The position numbers were made by a program, and so were the translations under genes. A stretch of 63,574 nucleotides of DNA, counting the filler, from Rhabdomonas costata (taxonomy: Eukaryota), in the NCBI GenBank assembly GCA_019059605.1. It is 36 parts of 36 records of this genome, joined end to end, with 100 filler letters (N's around TTAATTAATTAA, not from the genome) between each part and the next. Parts side by side here need not be neighbours in the genome. Positions count along the whole stretch, not along the records: positions 37,156 to 38,823 come from JAHMHO010010967.1; positions 38,924 to 40,592 come from JAHMHO010010968.1; positions 40,693 to 42,361 come from JAHMHO010010969.1; positions 42,462 to 44,130 come from JAHMHO010010970.1; positions 44,231 to 45,898 come from JAHMHO010010971.1; positions 45,999 to 47,666 come from JAHMHO010010972.1; positions 47,767 to 49,434 come from JAHMHO010010973.1; positions 49,535 to 51,202 come from JAHMHO010010974.1; 28 more parts are not named here. One strand, written 5' to 3'. This document shows positions 37,198 through 49,598 of this stretch, piece after piece; the first letter of the stretch is position 1; each line of letters begins with the position of its first letter. Under the pieces are notes generated by a model. It worked only from the letters and a program-made list of their open reading frames with translations. It ran no database searches and had not been told where the DNA came from.

Positions 37198-38805
37198 TTA
37201 AAGCCCTTTGGGCACTATAAAATCGGGGTCTTCAAAGGGTTGACGAAGACCCTTGGACTCCTGCCCACTCGCTTCCAAATTGGAAAAGTAGGATGCCAAC
37301 CGGGGATTCAATTCAGCAAGTAGTAAAGGGTGCTGCACATGGCACAAGATGGCGCAGCGGAATCCCACAATGACTGAGGACCAGGTGTGCGAGATCGCAA
37401 GCCACAACAGAGGAATAGTCGCCAACACAAAACGGCTGTGAATGGTATTGGCGAGCAGGGCGGTGACAACCGTTCCTCGGCTGATAAAAGTGAAGCAGCT
37501 TATTGCGACATCCTCCTTCAGGTCAGGATGACTCAGCAGGGCTGAAGCAGAGGTCAACTCGTCCGTCACTTTCACAGCACGTACATATGTCCAATGGTTC
37601 AAGATACATGCCGGCAAAGCGAGGCACCGGTAGCGGTCAAGGAAATCCGAACCACCCCATCCTCGGGAGCGATACGGGACCCGAACGAGACGCGTCATCT
37701 GTGACAGAACATTGACCACGGCACGTATCATCACAAATGTCATCACAACAACATAGATGAAGCAATCAGTGACAAGAGCCCCCATGTAATGTCGCAGGAT
37801 CGACCAAAACGCATGAAACGTACGAATGTGAAGCTTGGCACAACGCTCAGACAGGCGGTGACCTACAAGACACCCAACCGTCGCATCCGTTAACCCCGTG
37901 ACTACTGAGCAGCTCCAAAAAAGTGCAAGAAGGCCCAGAGCAAGGGGCAGCAGCCAAAACAGACTAAAGCTTTCATCAGATAATGCCACAACAATGAGCT
38001 GGATGAGAAAAGCCACGATGTAGCTGAGGTAGAAGAAGCAAATGCCAACCCAGGCCAACTGCATCCCAAGCATCAGAACAAAAATAAGGGGGTGGTGCAG
38101 AAGTTGCATCGCAACGAAAGAGCAGGCCACAAAAACGCACTCAAGAGTGCGGCGATTTGCAACTAATGAGCAGAACTTCACGACAAAGTACACGATGGTG
38201 AACAGCAAAAGAAACCGAAACAGAACAGGTACGAAGGTGTCCCCGTCAATTGTACACAGTTTTCGCATGCTGATAGCAGTAACTGCAATGCCAACCGTTG
38301 CGGTAAGCGTTCCCATTATCGCACGCGGAAAGAATGCCATCATCACCAAGAGGGCACTCGCCACGCCATAACCGATGAGAAGCCCATAAACGGTTGTTGT
38401 CACTGAGAGGAACTGCTCAATTGCTCCCCCAAACTCGGCACTTGCGATTTCCCAAGGGAAGCTTCTCCCGACGTCGTCCAGCATGTTTCCCACAGAGAAT
38501 TTCGCAAACTTCAGCGCTGCCATTGAACCCACCACGGTCAGCACAAAACCAATCAAAGCAGGTTGACCGCTCTGGGCCCACTCCTTGACAAAATGCACAG
38601 TACCACTCGAGTACATCATCCCCTTTGGCATCACAGTGGCAATCGATTCTCGCAAGGACTTCCAGCCCGCTTCAGCTACCAGCTGCTCCTTGGGAGCATG
38701 TGAGGAAGGGTCCAGCTCTTTCTGCCCCACCGCGTCAGGACTTGGAGGCTGTGAGGCTAGTGCAGGGCTGCACACCCCGGTTTGCAAAGACAAGGTGTCC
38801 GGCAT
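37198..38805 (-). CDS. Multi-pass membrane protein, divergent choline transporter-like (CTL/SLC44) family; uninterrupted 535-aa frame
   Basis: About 10 hydrophobic segments. HAFWSILRHYMGAL and ACILNHWTYVRAVK loosely match the CTL C-terminal patterns. The frame is open to the contig end. Confidence 0.55.
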   Translation of the reverse strand: MPDTLSLQTGVCSPALASQPPSPDAVGQKELDPSSHAPKEQLVAEAGWKSLRESIATVMPKGMMYSSGTVHFVKEWAQSGQPALIGFVLTVVGSMAALKFAKFSVGNMLDDVGRSFPWEIASAEFGGAIEQFLSVTTTVYGLLIGYGVASALLVMMAFFPRAIMGTLTATVGIAVTAISMRKLCTIDGDTFVPVLFRFLLLFTIVYFVVKFCSLVANRRTLECVFVACSFVAMQLLHHPLIFVLMLGMQLAWVGICFFYLSYIVAFLIQLIVVALSDESFSLFWLLPLALGLLALFWSCSVVTGLTDATVGCLVGHRLSERCAKLHIRTFHAFWSILRHYMGALVTDCFIYVVVMTFVMIRAVVNVLSQMTRLVRVPYRSRGWGGSDFLDRYRCLALPACILNHWTYVRAVKVTDELTSASALLSHPDLKEDVAISCFTFISRGTVVTALLANTIHSRFVLATIPLLWLAISHTWSSVIVGFRCAILCHVQHPLLLAELNPRLASYFSNLEASGQESKGLRQPFEDPDFIVPKGL

Positions 38806-38923
38806 TGCCGTGTCCCCACCAACNNNNNNNNNNNNNNNNNNNNNNNNNNNNNNNNNNNNNNNNNNNNTTAATTAATTAANNNNNNNNNNNNNNNNNNNNN
38901 NNNNNNNNNNNNNNNNNNNNNNN

Positions 38924-38940
38924 GTGGTGGGTGTGTTTGG
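38924..38940 (+). other. Whole-genome-amplification adaptor remnant (GenomePlex-type TGTGTTGGGTGTGTTTGG)
   Basis: GTGGTGGGTGTGTTTGG at the contig start and reverse-complement CACACCCAACACA at its end (40580-40592). Most contigs start G/T-only and end A/C-only. Confidence 0.75.
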
Positions 38941-39334
38941 GTGGTTTTGTCAGGGGAGGGGAGGCGCGGTTAAAAACTCTCAGTTTACGGTACCTGGTAA
39001 ATAATTTTCTTCACTCTCCCCAGCAATCGGTGGGTTCCTCACTGTAATCTAATCCTCTTTAAGCTACTAGGCCCCAAGAAAGCCCTGGCACCGCGTTTGG
39101 CAGATTTTGGTGCACGGCGCACGCCTTCAAAGCATCCTCCCCTCCCCTCCCCACGGCACATCCCGGATGCCGCGAAAAACCAGCGGAATAAATGTAGACT
39201 CAAAAAACGGGTCTTGCTAGACTCATAGATTGCACGGGTTAGATGGATTTTGTGGAGTTTCCGCCAGTGAGTGGGGTGGGGGGCCCAAAAACTGATGCCC
39301 AAGTCGCAATGGGAGAGGAGAGGAAGGGAACCAC

Positions 39335-39463
39335 CTTTCCGGCCCTGCCCATGAAGTCCTTGAGGTCCTGCCACAGGGTGGCATAGGAGAGGTTGCCGAC
39401 GTAAACCCTGCACCCGTCATTGATTCCCTTTGCGGTATCCCTGGGGGGCGAGTCGTCGGCCAT
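39335..39463 (-). CDS. RRM RNA-binding protein (Gbp2/hnRNP-M-like), first coding exon
   Basis: [43 protein letters not shown] contains RNP2 plus the WQDLKD motif. Donor is AAG|GTGGTT. Confidence 0.88.
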
Positions 39464-40754
39464 TGTGAGGAGTTCCCCCACTACACTTGCTTCGAAGCCA
39501 CGAAAAGAAGTGAAAAAGGCACCGCAAAGATCGCTGCGAGAAGAAGGAAGGACAAGACAGAGACATGCAGCACTTTTCAAACAAAACGATTCACACACTC
39601 CTTTCTGAGAAGTTGATGAGCGATTTCTTACTTTTTTTACTTACCCTCGTACTTACTTTGACATCATAGTATATACCCCCCCCCACCCGCCACCATTTTG
39701 CCCCTCATCCCGACAAAACATCAAAACATCGCTCGAGTTCTGAAGCGCATTTTTTCAAAGAGAAAAATATGAAGCCACGCGCCCCGCTCGGGGTTCACAT
39801 TTGGATGAAGCATTTGAGTACTGCACCGTTGACATATATAAAATATACGAACATAAGAATCAAATATAATAAAGCAGGTAACACCCTAAAAGTAAGAGAA
39901 TAGTGCGCAACGAATTCCGATATGAAGTTCTTCCCAGTGACTTTCAAACGGTGGCCTTTTTCGGCGTTGGATATTCTGTTTTTACCTTCAAACCGTAAGT
40001 TCTTACTTTACGGTGTAACCTGCTTTATATACGACAGTTATATAAATAAACCGCAGTGAACCTATTTTCCCTTTATGTCTCCTTCTTGAGGATGATCACT
40101 ATTTATGATGTCTTGGAGTTCTGCAGTGATGATTTGAAGCTTCGGGAGTGGCTAAAGGGATGTTCTTTTATTTCCTCTCGAGGTTACGGAGCGATGTACG
40201 TGTCCCCTGGGACATGATAATTAGTATCGCATGGGGTTAAGGAGCGATGCAGCTGTCCCCGAAAAAAAGGTTCACGCGGTAGGTATGCCAAATAAAAACA
40301 ACTGCACTGGTTGACATAAAATGGGGGCAACCTGCTCCTTCCCAATCATATCACATGTTACCCAAAATTGGCGCGCAATTGCAGTAAATGCTCGCATGCG
40401 AAGAAAAAGTCCGAACAGAGCACGACAAAGAGAACAACAAGCAAACAGGGGTGCCGCTCGGTGCGCGCAAGCGAGAAAAATAAACGCAGAGAAAATAAAG
40501 GAGGGGGGACAACGATCACAATGCACACACGCACGACACCAGAGAACGCGCACACTCACACCGGCCCCCACCCACAAACCACACCCAACACANNNNNNNN
40601 NNNNNNNNNNNNNNNNNNNNNNNNNNNNNNNNNNNNTTAATTAATTAANNNNNNNNNNNNNNNNNNNNNNNNNNNNNNNNNNNNNNNNNNNNTTGTTTTT
40701 GGGTAAATGTCGGGTCTTCCTCTTTTTATGCCTTGCAGCTTCGTGCCTACCTTC

Positions 40755-40830
40755 GTGCTCGAGATAGCTGCACACAACCGTTGTGCTCGAGATGGCTGTA
40801 CACAACCGTTGTGCTCGAGATGACTGCGCA
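40755..40830. repeat. 28-bp tandem repeat, about 2.7 copies (GTGCTCGAGATRGCTGYACACAACCGTT)
   Basis: Read directly from the sequence. Confidence 0.85.
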
Positions 40831-41319
40831 TACTCATCAGTGCAGTTGACCTGCTTCTCTTCCGCAACTCATCTCATGTGTTTTTGCCTGTTCTGTTTTT
40901 TGAGGAAGAGCGGCGAAGGCTCTGCAAGGTGGGCGCTTTGCCCCACTGTGAAGTTTTTTATACGTGTCCTTTGCTTCTGTGTGGTGACTAAGTGCCACCT
41001 TGTGACGAAATCGAAAGATATAGAAATGGAAAGTACGTTGCCATTTCGAACTTTCCTAGAGAGGTGTCTTTCTACTGAGGTGATTGGGTGATTGGGGTGG
41101 TTGTGTTTTTCATTGTTTTCTCTCCTGCGCGCCAACCGCGCCACCCCACTCTTCCTTGTGACTCACATACATGACTTATTATTACTATCTCTGTCGCATT
41201 GGTGGACGCTGAGCATAGGACATCCGTGTTGACATGACTCCTCATTTCGGATATACGCCTGCCCCACACGCCTCCCCTCAAAGTGTGCTGCTCTCCCGTA
41301 TTCTCCCGTACTCCTCTCC

Positions 41320-41372
41320 TCTTTGTATCTGTGCGCTGTTGTCTGCGCCGGACTTTGAACACGGACAATGTG
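41320..41372 (+). repeat. Dispersed conserved motif, copy 3
   Basis: TCTTTGTATCTGTGCGCTGTTGTCTGCGCCGGACTTTGAACACGGACAATGTG. Confidence 0.85.
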
Positions 41373-43434
41373 ACGAAAGGAGTCATCCTTGATGCTGAAC
41401 TCTTCATTTGCTTTGATCTCACAGCTCATTTGTTTCGCTCACCCTTTTTTTTTAACGATTTCCACCCACCCAACCGCACACTCACACACTGCTCACACGT
41501 GCTGTCACTCTGCGGCAGTACACACCCACCCTTATGTGATCGCTTGTGTGTCAGCAAAGGAACAAGAGGTTCACCAACCACACAGTGCACAGGTGAGAGA
41601 AGGCAACGCTCGTTGCAATCAAGTTGTTTTTTTCCGCTTTCTCCTTTTGCGTTTTCATGTGACCCGTTTTGTTTGCTCAAGCGGCCCAAATGGCCAGCAA
41701 TTAATAATTGGGTGGTTTGGCTCCTGCTCTACCCCATCCGCTGCCTTGTATTCCCCGCTTTCTTCCGACATCAATTGCCAAAACCCCGTGTAAACTGTAT
41801 GTATCGGTGGCTCTTTGACCATATGGTTGTATGGGTTTTTCACAGTTCGATGGTGGTTTGATAGATTGCAGGCTCGACGTTACTTGCCATTGCTGACCGG
41901 TTTTTCCCATTTGCGAAGCTGCGTCTCCCTCCTAAAGAAGATTTTCACGAAGATTTTTCATGCTACCTGTTTCCTCACCACACGATGCATTTGCCCTTAC
42001 CCATTTGAGACCGAAACCGATGCTTTTGTTGGTGGTGCTTCCAATTCGGAACCACCGCTTGCGTTACTGTGTTGCTGTGACTAGTGGGTTGTTTTCTTTT
42101 GTGTGGGCTGGTGAAGTGGTGAGGCATTAAATCAGGTGAAGGAAATTGGGTTTTTAATCCGAGTCATTACGCATCATTGTTGACCCTGGATTACACAATT
42201 TAACCATCCTTCGAATTTGTCCACAAGCACACACATTTGGAGTTCCCTGCACCCGACATGATGAGACAATGAGGGATGAGTCAATTTTCCTGCTAAGTGA
42301 ACTGCACCACAACCCATCGCTGATTTCAAACCCGAGCTTTACAAACCGTTCACCAAAAACCNNNNNNNNNNNNNNNNNNNNNNNNNNNNNNNNNNNNNNN
42401 NNNNNTTAATTAATTAANNNNNNNNNNNNNNNNNNNNNNNNNNNNNNNNNNNNNNNNNNNNTGTTGTTGGGCAGGCCGGGCGAGTTGCCCTGGCCATGGA
42501 GCACTCCAGTGCGGTACCTCTGTGTTTCTGCGTGTGGGATTGGGGTTCCTGTTCGCAGGGGCATGTTCCGAGTGGACGACAGAGTAAGTTCGGAGTGAAG
42601 AGCAGGGATTTTCCACCCCGCAAGGTTGCGCGTTCCGCAGGTATGATGTTGCTTGAATTTGGTTGTGGTTGTTCAGATGACTTTTTTGCAGGTTTATTTA
42701 CTTCCTTATCCCGATCTTATTTGTGAGGAGGTCCCCGGGCGTGGGACATGCGAGCGTCCACATATCGGGCGACCCTTTATTGCCTTGATTGTGTAAGGAA
42801 GGAAGGTGGAAGGGATATCCCTTTATAAGACCCCTTGCCTGCTTCGACTTCGTCTGCACATATGTTTGCTATGTATCTCGGAACACTCGCACCGCGTGTG
42901 GCCGGGCTCGTTCATGTCTAATTGTGGACCTATGTTGTTTTTATCCCTTGTGGTCATGCGGCTCACAGAAAAGCTGTGCTGGGGAATCAACCCTTGCATT
43001 ACACTTGCGGATATGCACCAGAGCTGCGGCAGTCCAAAGAAGGAGGAGGAGTTTCTCCCACCGAAGCTTACCAATGCAGAGGGGACATACTTTCAGAGGC
43101 TGTCGCCAGCGCGCAACCCACCCGATGCGTGTACACTCCAACTTGAGTAGATATTTGGCTGGTCTGTGCTCAAAGGCCTTTGTCAACTCGTAAAAGAACA
43201 GCGTTTGTCTCTCCGTTCTCTCTGTACTCCGTCCAGAGTGAGCAACTTGTCAACGAATGCGGAAGGCTGGGAAGAGTTAGTGGGTCACCGCCTAACACGG
43301 AAGCCAGCCAATTGTTGTCAGAGGCAATAGCGACGGGTTCGAAGAATCTTTTTGGCTTCCCGTCACCGTCCGCCCACTTCCGCGAGAAAACATCCAGCCC
43401 ATTAATTTTGCTTCAATTAGCTGCGTGGGCTCTA

Positions 43435-43487
43435 ACTGACTGACCGACTGACTGACTGACTGACTGACTGACTGACTGACTGACTGA
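43435..43487. repeat. (ACTG)n microsatellite
   Basis: About 13 units with one interruption. Confidence 0.95.
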
Positions 43488-44230
43488 AATTAGTGAGACC
43501 AGAAAACTTTCGAGAGGACCGCAGTGGCTGGCCACTGCAAAACAACTGGGGAATTTTAAGATAGAGAAGAAGGAGAAAATGGATGTCTGTGTTGTTTCAT
43601 AGTCCCAATCAAATGAGACGCGGAAAAGGAAACAGATCAAAGGCGAAGGTGGGGCCAGAAATTCCGACGAACAGTACAGTCCAAACTCCACCTCGCACAG
43701 GACGTCAATCCCCGCCTTTCCCCACTATCGCTATTCCTAAGACCTCGTCCATATGCAAGGGCCAGCTCAGCGGGCCATCACTGTAATGGAGTGCCTTCTC
43801 TCCAGCCGAACTCCAACATCAGTATGTGTCGTGTGTTCTGTTTAAGGGTGAGGAGTGGAGTGGTTACTTGAGCGCAGAAAAGCTTCCAGCGGATAGCTTT
43901 GAGACAATTCACATGTACACGATCACACATCACACGTCACAACGGATTTCGAAATACGCGTCACTGCCCACTGATTTCCTCAGATTTCAGCGAGACTGCA
44001 ACAACTGAGTCAACGGAAAATAGCCCAATGACACAGAAGCCCAAACCGATTGAAAACATTTAATATGTGTGGTAACGCAACATGTCCACAAATCCCCCCC
44101 CCCTTTTCTTCACCGCCCACCACACACCACNNNNNNNNNNNNNNNNNNNNNNNNNNNNNNNNNNNNNNNNNNNNTTAATTAATTAANNNNNNNNNNNNNN
44201 NNNNNNNNNNNNNNNNNNNNNNNNNNNNNN

Positions 44231-45898
44231 TGTTGGGTGGGGGGGCCGTGCCGGGGGCTGCCCCTGTGGCCGCGGTCTGCAGGCGGCTCATCGCAGCGTC
44301 CTGCTCTGCGGGCGGGAGCATCTTGATCACCGCAGAGAGGGACTGCGTGAGTGAGAGAGTGAGAGTTTGTGAGCGTGTGCGTCACTGTGTAATCTTTCGA
44401 ATCTTTCAAATATAAAAGCCTGCCCCCCTTGAGTCTGAACAACCTCCCCAGAAAAAACCACCCCAGAAAAAACAACACTTCAACAAAAACATGCAAAAAA
44501 AAAGCCCCCTAGGTGCCGCGGTGGAGGTTGGTTTGCACAACAAGCATCAACGAAAAAGGCGCATATCAAGCAAAACTATATGCTCATCAGCGGCAAAACC
44601 ACCGGGGCTTGCGGCAGAGGGGAGGGAGCCTTTGCGTCCTCGAAGAAACCGAAAAAGAAGCAGAATATAGTTGCTGCAGATTGGGGTGGCGGGCTACTAA
44701 TCACCAGTGGCGCCCAGCATTGCTGGATGAAAAACAACGCCAGATTGCCGACACCGACTGGACACGACGCGGAGCGAATTGAGAGCTCCAGCCCTCCACA
44801 TTACCCAGGGAGCCCACCTGCACGAACTGATTCTCCGTCAGCGCCGAAACAGGCACGAGGCCACGCGAAGAGAGCCCCTCTGGGGAGCTCAGGCTCAGCA
44901 GGCGAGCCAAGTCCTGCACGCTCACCGTCGTCTCCAGCACCCCGGACAGCGCCGCGGCGCACGACGACACGGGCACTGTGGAGGGAGGTGGCGCAGCAGG
45001 GGTGGCTGAGCCTGAGGAACCCGACGGGGAAGAGGCTGAGGCGGGACGATCCTCCCGCCCCACAAGGGAAGCGAACAGCAGCGCCCCGTGGCCCTGAGGG
45101 CAGGAAACCCAGCCCAGTCGGGGGTGGGGGGACGGAAGGGAAGCAAAGTGAATCGCAGAGCTGTTCGAGGAGAACGCCGCATACAAGATGTACATATTTT
45201 GAGCGATTCTGAGTAGCAATGGTCAGTGGTGCACAGCGCGTGGTGCGCTATGAGAACAGGGCGGTGCTTTGCACTTGCACTCTTCAGCATGCGCCCGTTC
45301 GCCTGCTTGAAAGAAAGAATCTGAACTTTTTTCACACTATCTAGAGGTATACAGTGTGCGAGAGTGCGGAAGAGAGTGCCTGCGTGAGTTTACACCCGCC
45401 AGGCCAGGGAAGTGGTTTCCTTTAGGATACGCGCGCCGCGCGCGTTTCGCTTCCCCTGGGCTCCCCCACCTTTGATGGGGGCATGGACCCATCCGACCTC
45501 ACCCCCTCTCTGTCCTGTCCGCTCTGCGCCTCGCTGCCTCACGCTGCTCTGCCCTATCTTGCAGGTTTGGCATCCCCCTTGGAATCTACGACCGATGGTA
45601 CGGGGTACACGCACCGGGGATGATATCAACCCCAACGCATTTGGGATGACTACTGCATCGCGCCTTCTTTGCCCAAGACCCCAGTCCCAGGTGTGTGTAC
45701 GATACGTGCCTGGAGCTGGCTCTGAGCGAGGCCTGGGATGGTGGGGGGAGTCCGCGAGGGTGAGACGGACCGCGGCACGGACAGGGTGATGGTGGTGGGC
45801 CCAGAGGCCAGCCGGGAGGTTGGGGAGCCCGCCGTCGCCGCGTTGAGCAGGGAGAAGGGTAGCCCGCGGGCACTGCGGGTGGAGGGGCTGCCGCTAAC
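44231..45898 (-). CDS. PH-domain-containing protein, partial, several exons
   Basis: FVQVGSLGNVEGWSSQFAP-RLFRLKGGRLLYLKD fits the PH beta1-beta3 pattern GxL...WxxRxFxL...LxY. It is preceded by S/P-rich exons. Confidence 0.6.
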
Positions 45899-46365
45899 NN
45901 NNNNNNNNNNNNNNNNNNNNNNNNNNNNNNNNNNNNNNNNNNTTAATTAATTAANNNNNNNNNNNNNNNNNNNNNNNNNNNNNNNNNNNNNNNNNNNNGT
46001 TGGTGGGGGTGTGCATGCTGACCTTGTTTTATTTGTTTTAGAAACAAAGGCACTTCGCGGTAGTGTAGAATTTGACATTGAAGCGATTGTTTGTGATTGT
46101 ATATTTTGTACAAAAGATTTTTTGTTCTAAATGCATCTTTCCGGCTGATCTGGGTTGTTGGGTCTCATTTAATGTGGTGCACGGTGGATATAGCTGTAAT
46201 ATGGTCCTAGCCCCAAAGCGGTATTTATTTGCTTCATATGAATGATCGGGACGCGTTTCATTTCGAAGCTCGCGGACGTGTTTTCGTATCGTGTATTTTG
46301 TTAAAGGGCTCCGTTGGCTGATTCTGGAATGACTTTGGGTTGAGGAAGGATGTGTGGCCTTCCAG

Positions 46366-47491
46366 GGCGTGGAATTGGACGACGTGATCGAGGAGCTTGC
46401 CGAAGCCCACCGGTTTAAGCAGCTGCAGCACGATGCCAAGCGGCTGGCCAACGCAGAGCGCAAGGTCGTCCGGCTGTGCAGCCTCTCTCCAACAGCGCTG
46501 AGGAGCTGGGACGTCGTCGGGCCCACGGTTTCTGTGGTGGAGCGCATCGGTAAGCTGCGGATAGGTCCCGGCCCCCTAGTCAGCTGGTTCTCCGAATCGG
46601 TTTGTATTTCCTAATACGTACCGCTTGTTATTTTTTTTTTGCAATGGCAGTAATTGGCGCAAAACGGCGCCAAATGGCAATTTCGACAACTCCTTCAAGG
46701 AGGTCGCCTAGGTCTCCGCACTGCGTCACAACTGTTGGAGTAGCGCAGACACAGAGGTTGCAAAACAAAAGAGGAATGGTTAAGCAAGAGAGAGCACGCC
46801 AGGGACCATGAGGCGACTGAGACAGAGAGAGCACAGAAGGAAATATGCCGATTGGTGATTTAAGTATGCAGGGGCATGGCTATTCGGAAGGCCAACCTCT
46901 TCAATGCCTGGCGCCAGGAGTGTGTGCTTTACGTTAACTGCATTCGGGAGTGGGGTGTTGCTGGGGTGTTGAGCGCAGCCCGCCCCCTTCCAAATTCATC
47001 GCCCCCCCGGTGCCGCCATGAACCCGAGCTCGGAAGAGTTCCCGCCGCATCTTCCTGTCCAGGTTACAGAGGGTCTGGACGAGTGCATCTCTACCTGCTG
47101 GTCCTCCATGGGCAGTGACTCCCCACGCAGCGCCCTGAAGCGGAGGCCTCGACCCATCCTTCCGAGTTCCAGCTCCAGCTCTAGCTTCGCCCAGCGGCAG
47201 GTATCCTTCACTCTCTCGGAGTCGCCTTGCACCTCGCCCACCCGTACCCCGACCAAGACCACCACTTCCAGGGGAGCCTGTGAGGGTCTGCCCGTGGAGA
47301 TTCGCGGTGGTGAGCCGCTGGCTGGGCGATGCGTGAGCTTCTCGAAGGGTAGAGAAGCGGCGCAGGGGTTTTCGTCCATCAGGCCGGCTTTGCCCTCCAG
47401 GTTTTTGTCAATGCTCAGCCCCAATCGAAGGAAAGCAAGGCCAGATGACACTGGAAGAGCGTGGTCCTCCGTGACAATGGAACTCCGCTGA
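46366..47491 (+). CDS. Hypothetical protein exons (helical exon plus S/P-rich C-terminus)
   Basis: Coding-like frame GVELDDVIEELAEAHRFKQLQHDAKRL between TTCCAG and GTAAGC. The downstream exon phase is unresolved. Confidence 0.35.
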
Positions 47492-47829
47492 AAAAGTACA
47501 CCCTAAATCAGGCATTTTGGGACTCAACTCAGGGAAATGGCTGGGATGAAAAATGGATTTTTGCTCCTGAATTAGGGTTGACCTTTTTTGCTTTCTCCTG
47601 TTCATTCTCGCATTCTTACCTTTGAGGTGTGATGGGCCTTTTCACGTGTATCAGAGACACACAAACNNNNNNNNNNNNNNNNNNNNNNNNNNNNNNNNNN
47701 NNNNNNNNNNTTAATTAATTAANNNNNNNNNNNNNNNNNNNNNNNNNNNNNNNNNNNNNNNNNNNNGGGTGGGTTGGTGCCCAAGACCTCCAGCTCGTCG
47801 TCGTCGGTGGGATCCGCTGACCCGCCTCG

Positions 47830-48340
47830 GACCCGCATCCTGCCGTGCTGTGCCAGGGTCGCCGCCATCAGCCACACCGCCATGGACAGCGCGTTCCACA
47901 CCTTGGCGTCCAGGTCCGCGGCGGTCTCGTTTGCATAGGCGCAGCTAGTCTTCAGCTGCTTGATGGGATTTTTTGTAAAAGAGATGGCCTGGGGGTGTTA
48001 TCCGCCATGCTCCTCTCCATCCTGCGTCCTGGCATCCCGGCAGGTACCGCTTATCCTTGTGCTGGTATGCCTTACACAGCAGGTCGGCGGGTACTGCCTC
48101 AAGAAGCTGCGGGAGGCGCTGTTCCTTCAGTGCCAAGATGTTTACTTCTCGGCAGATTGCACCCATTGTCTCTTCGAGCACACTGTGTCCGCGTGCTGGC
48201 GTACCCGATTCCGAACATTTGGTCAGGTGCTTCCCGTCGGTATCTCTTTGGACCCCGCAATTGAGGCAGCATGCCCATTCTTCGACGCAAGTGAGGCCAA
48301 GAAGCCATGCTAGGGCTGCGCGGGACTGACCGGGCGCCAT
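47830..48340 (-). CDS. Hypothetical protein exons
   Basis: LEETMGAICREVNILALKEQRLPQLLEAVPADLLCKAY and DLDAKVWNALSMAVWLMAATL have coding-like composition. No family recognised. Confidence 0.35.
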
Positions 48341-49598
48341 GGAGACCCAGGTATTAGATCCAGTGAGCGTGCGGGAAATGAAGAGACAGCAGGCGTTCCT
48401 TGGCGTTCTGCCCCCCCAGCTTGCGAAGAATTGTGCTTTGGTTGCCTCGTGGGGCTCGAGTTTTAAGACGTGCTAGAAATGAGGCTCGGGATGTGGCACG
48501 GACGGCTTTGTTTCCCCGCGCATCGAATCGTAGGGCTCTAGAGATTTCCGCTTTCAGCATGAATGGGTTCTGCTGCAGCTGCTGAAGAGGGTGGGCGCCG
48601 TTGCGTTCCTCATCAGAACGATGCGGCCTTGGGTCGTTGGCAACCGGGATGGGGCGAACAAAAAACGGACGTGGGAAGACAGACGGGCGGAATAGATACC
48701 GTTCCGGGCTGGAAATTTCGTCGTTTGCTCTGTTTTGCGCGTGTATCCGCGTCGCTACTCCGTCGCGGTCCTCCGATTTTTGCTCAAGGCAATTACGTTT
48801 TATTCGCTTCTTTGTTGTTTCTTTTTTGGTACACTCCGTTTCTGTTTGTCTCTGCCGGTGCGAGCGCTGCTTCGGCCTTGGTCAAGGGCACGGAAGAATG
48901 GAGGGCATGTCGGACGCCACTCGCCTGGGCTTGCGTCACGACAAACCTGCAATGTGCGTTGGATGCTCCTTCGCTCCATTCCCACCTGCAAATACTGGGC
49001 AAAGTGCACTGTTTAAGCTTTTGTAACCCACTTCCAGTGAAGAAGGTGAATAATTGGGCATGAAATTCAGTATATCATCAACAGGACAGTTTCGTGTCTT
49101 GGCCAGACTGACGGAAACAGGCTAAAGCTCAACCGATGGGGCCGAACAGGTAGACTCTGCTTTTAAAGGTGAAGCTGCATTATTTTCGCAACAAGACAGC
49201 CATTTCAAACCAAGTGTAAAGGTTTAAAGTTGAAATGTCTGAGTTTCAAAAGGGCACAAAGTACATTATCAGCGACAAGGGAGAAAGTGAGATATGCAAA
49301 ACAACGACTGCTAACCACCACTCGCTTACACAGCACATAGAATATCTTTGGAGCGAGTCAACAACTCAACCGTGTCACAGCCCCGGAACCTGCGGAGAAT
49401 AACGCATGAAGATCACAAATTAGTGGGGACATCTNNNNNNNNNNNNNNNNNNNNNNNNNNNNNNNNNNNNNNNNNNNNTTAATTAATTAANNNNNNNNNN
49501 NNNNNNNNNNNNNNNNNNNNNNNNNNNNNNNNNNGTGTTGTTTTTATTTTTTAAAAATAATTGTTTGTATTCAATTCTTTTATTTTCAATTTCTTCAA

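Noticed and set aside
40755-40830. 28-bp repeats as a CRISPR array
   Set aside because: Head-to-tail tandem units without unique spacers, no cas genes, and a eukaryotic context.
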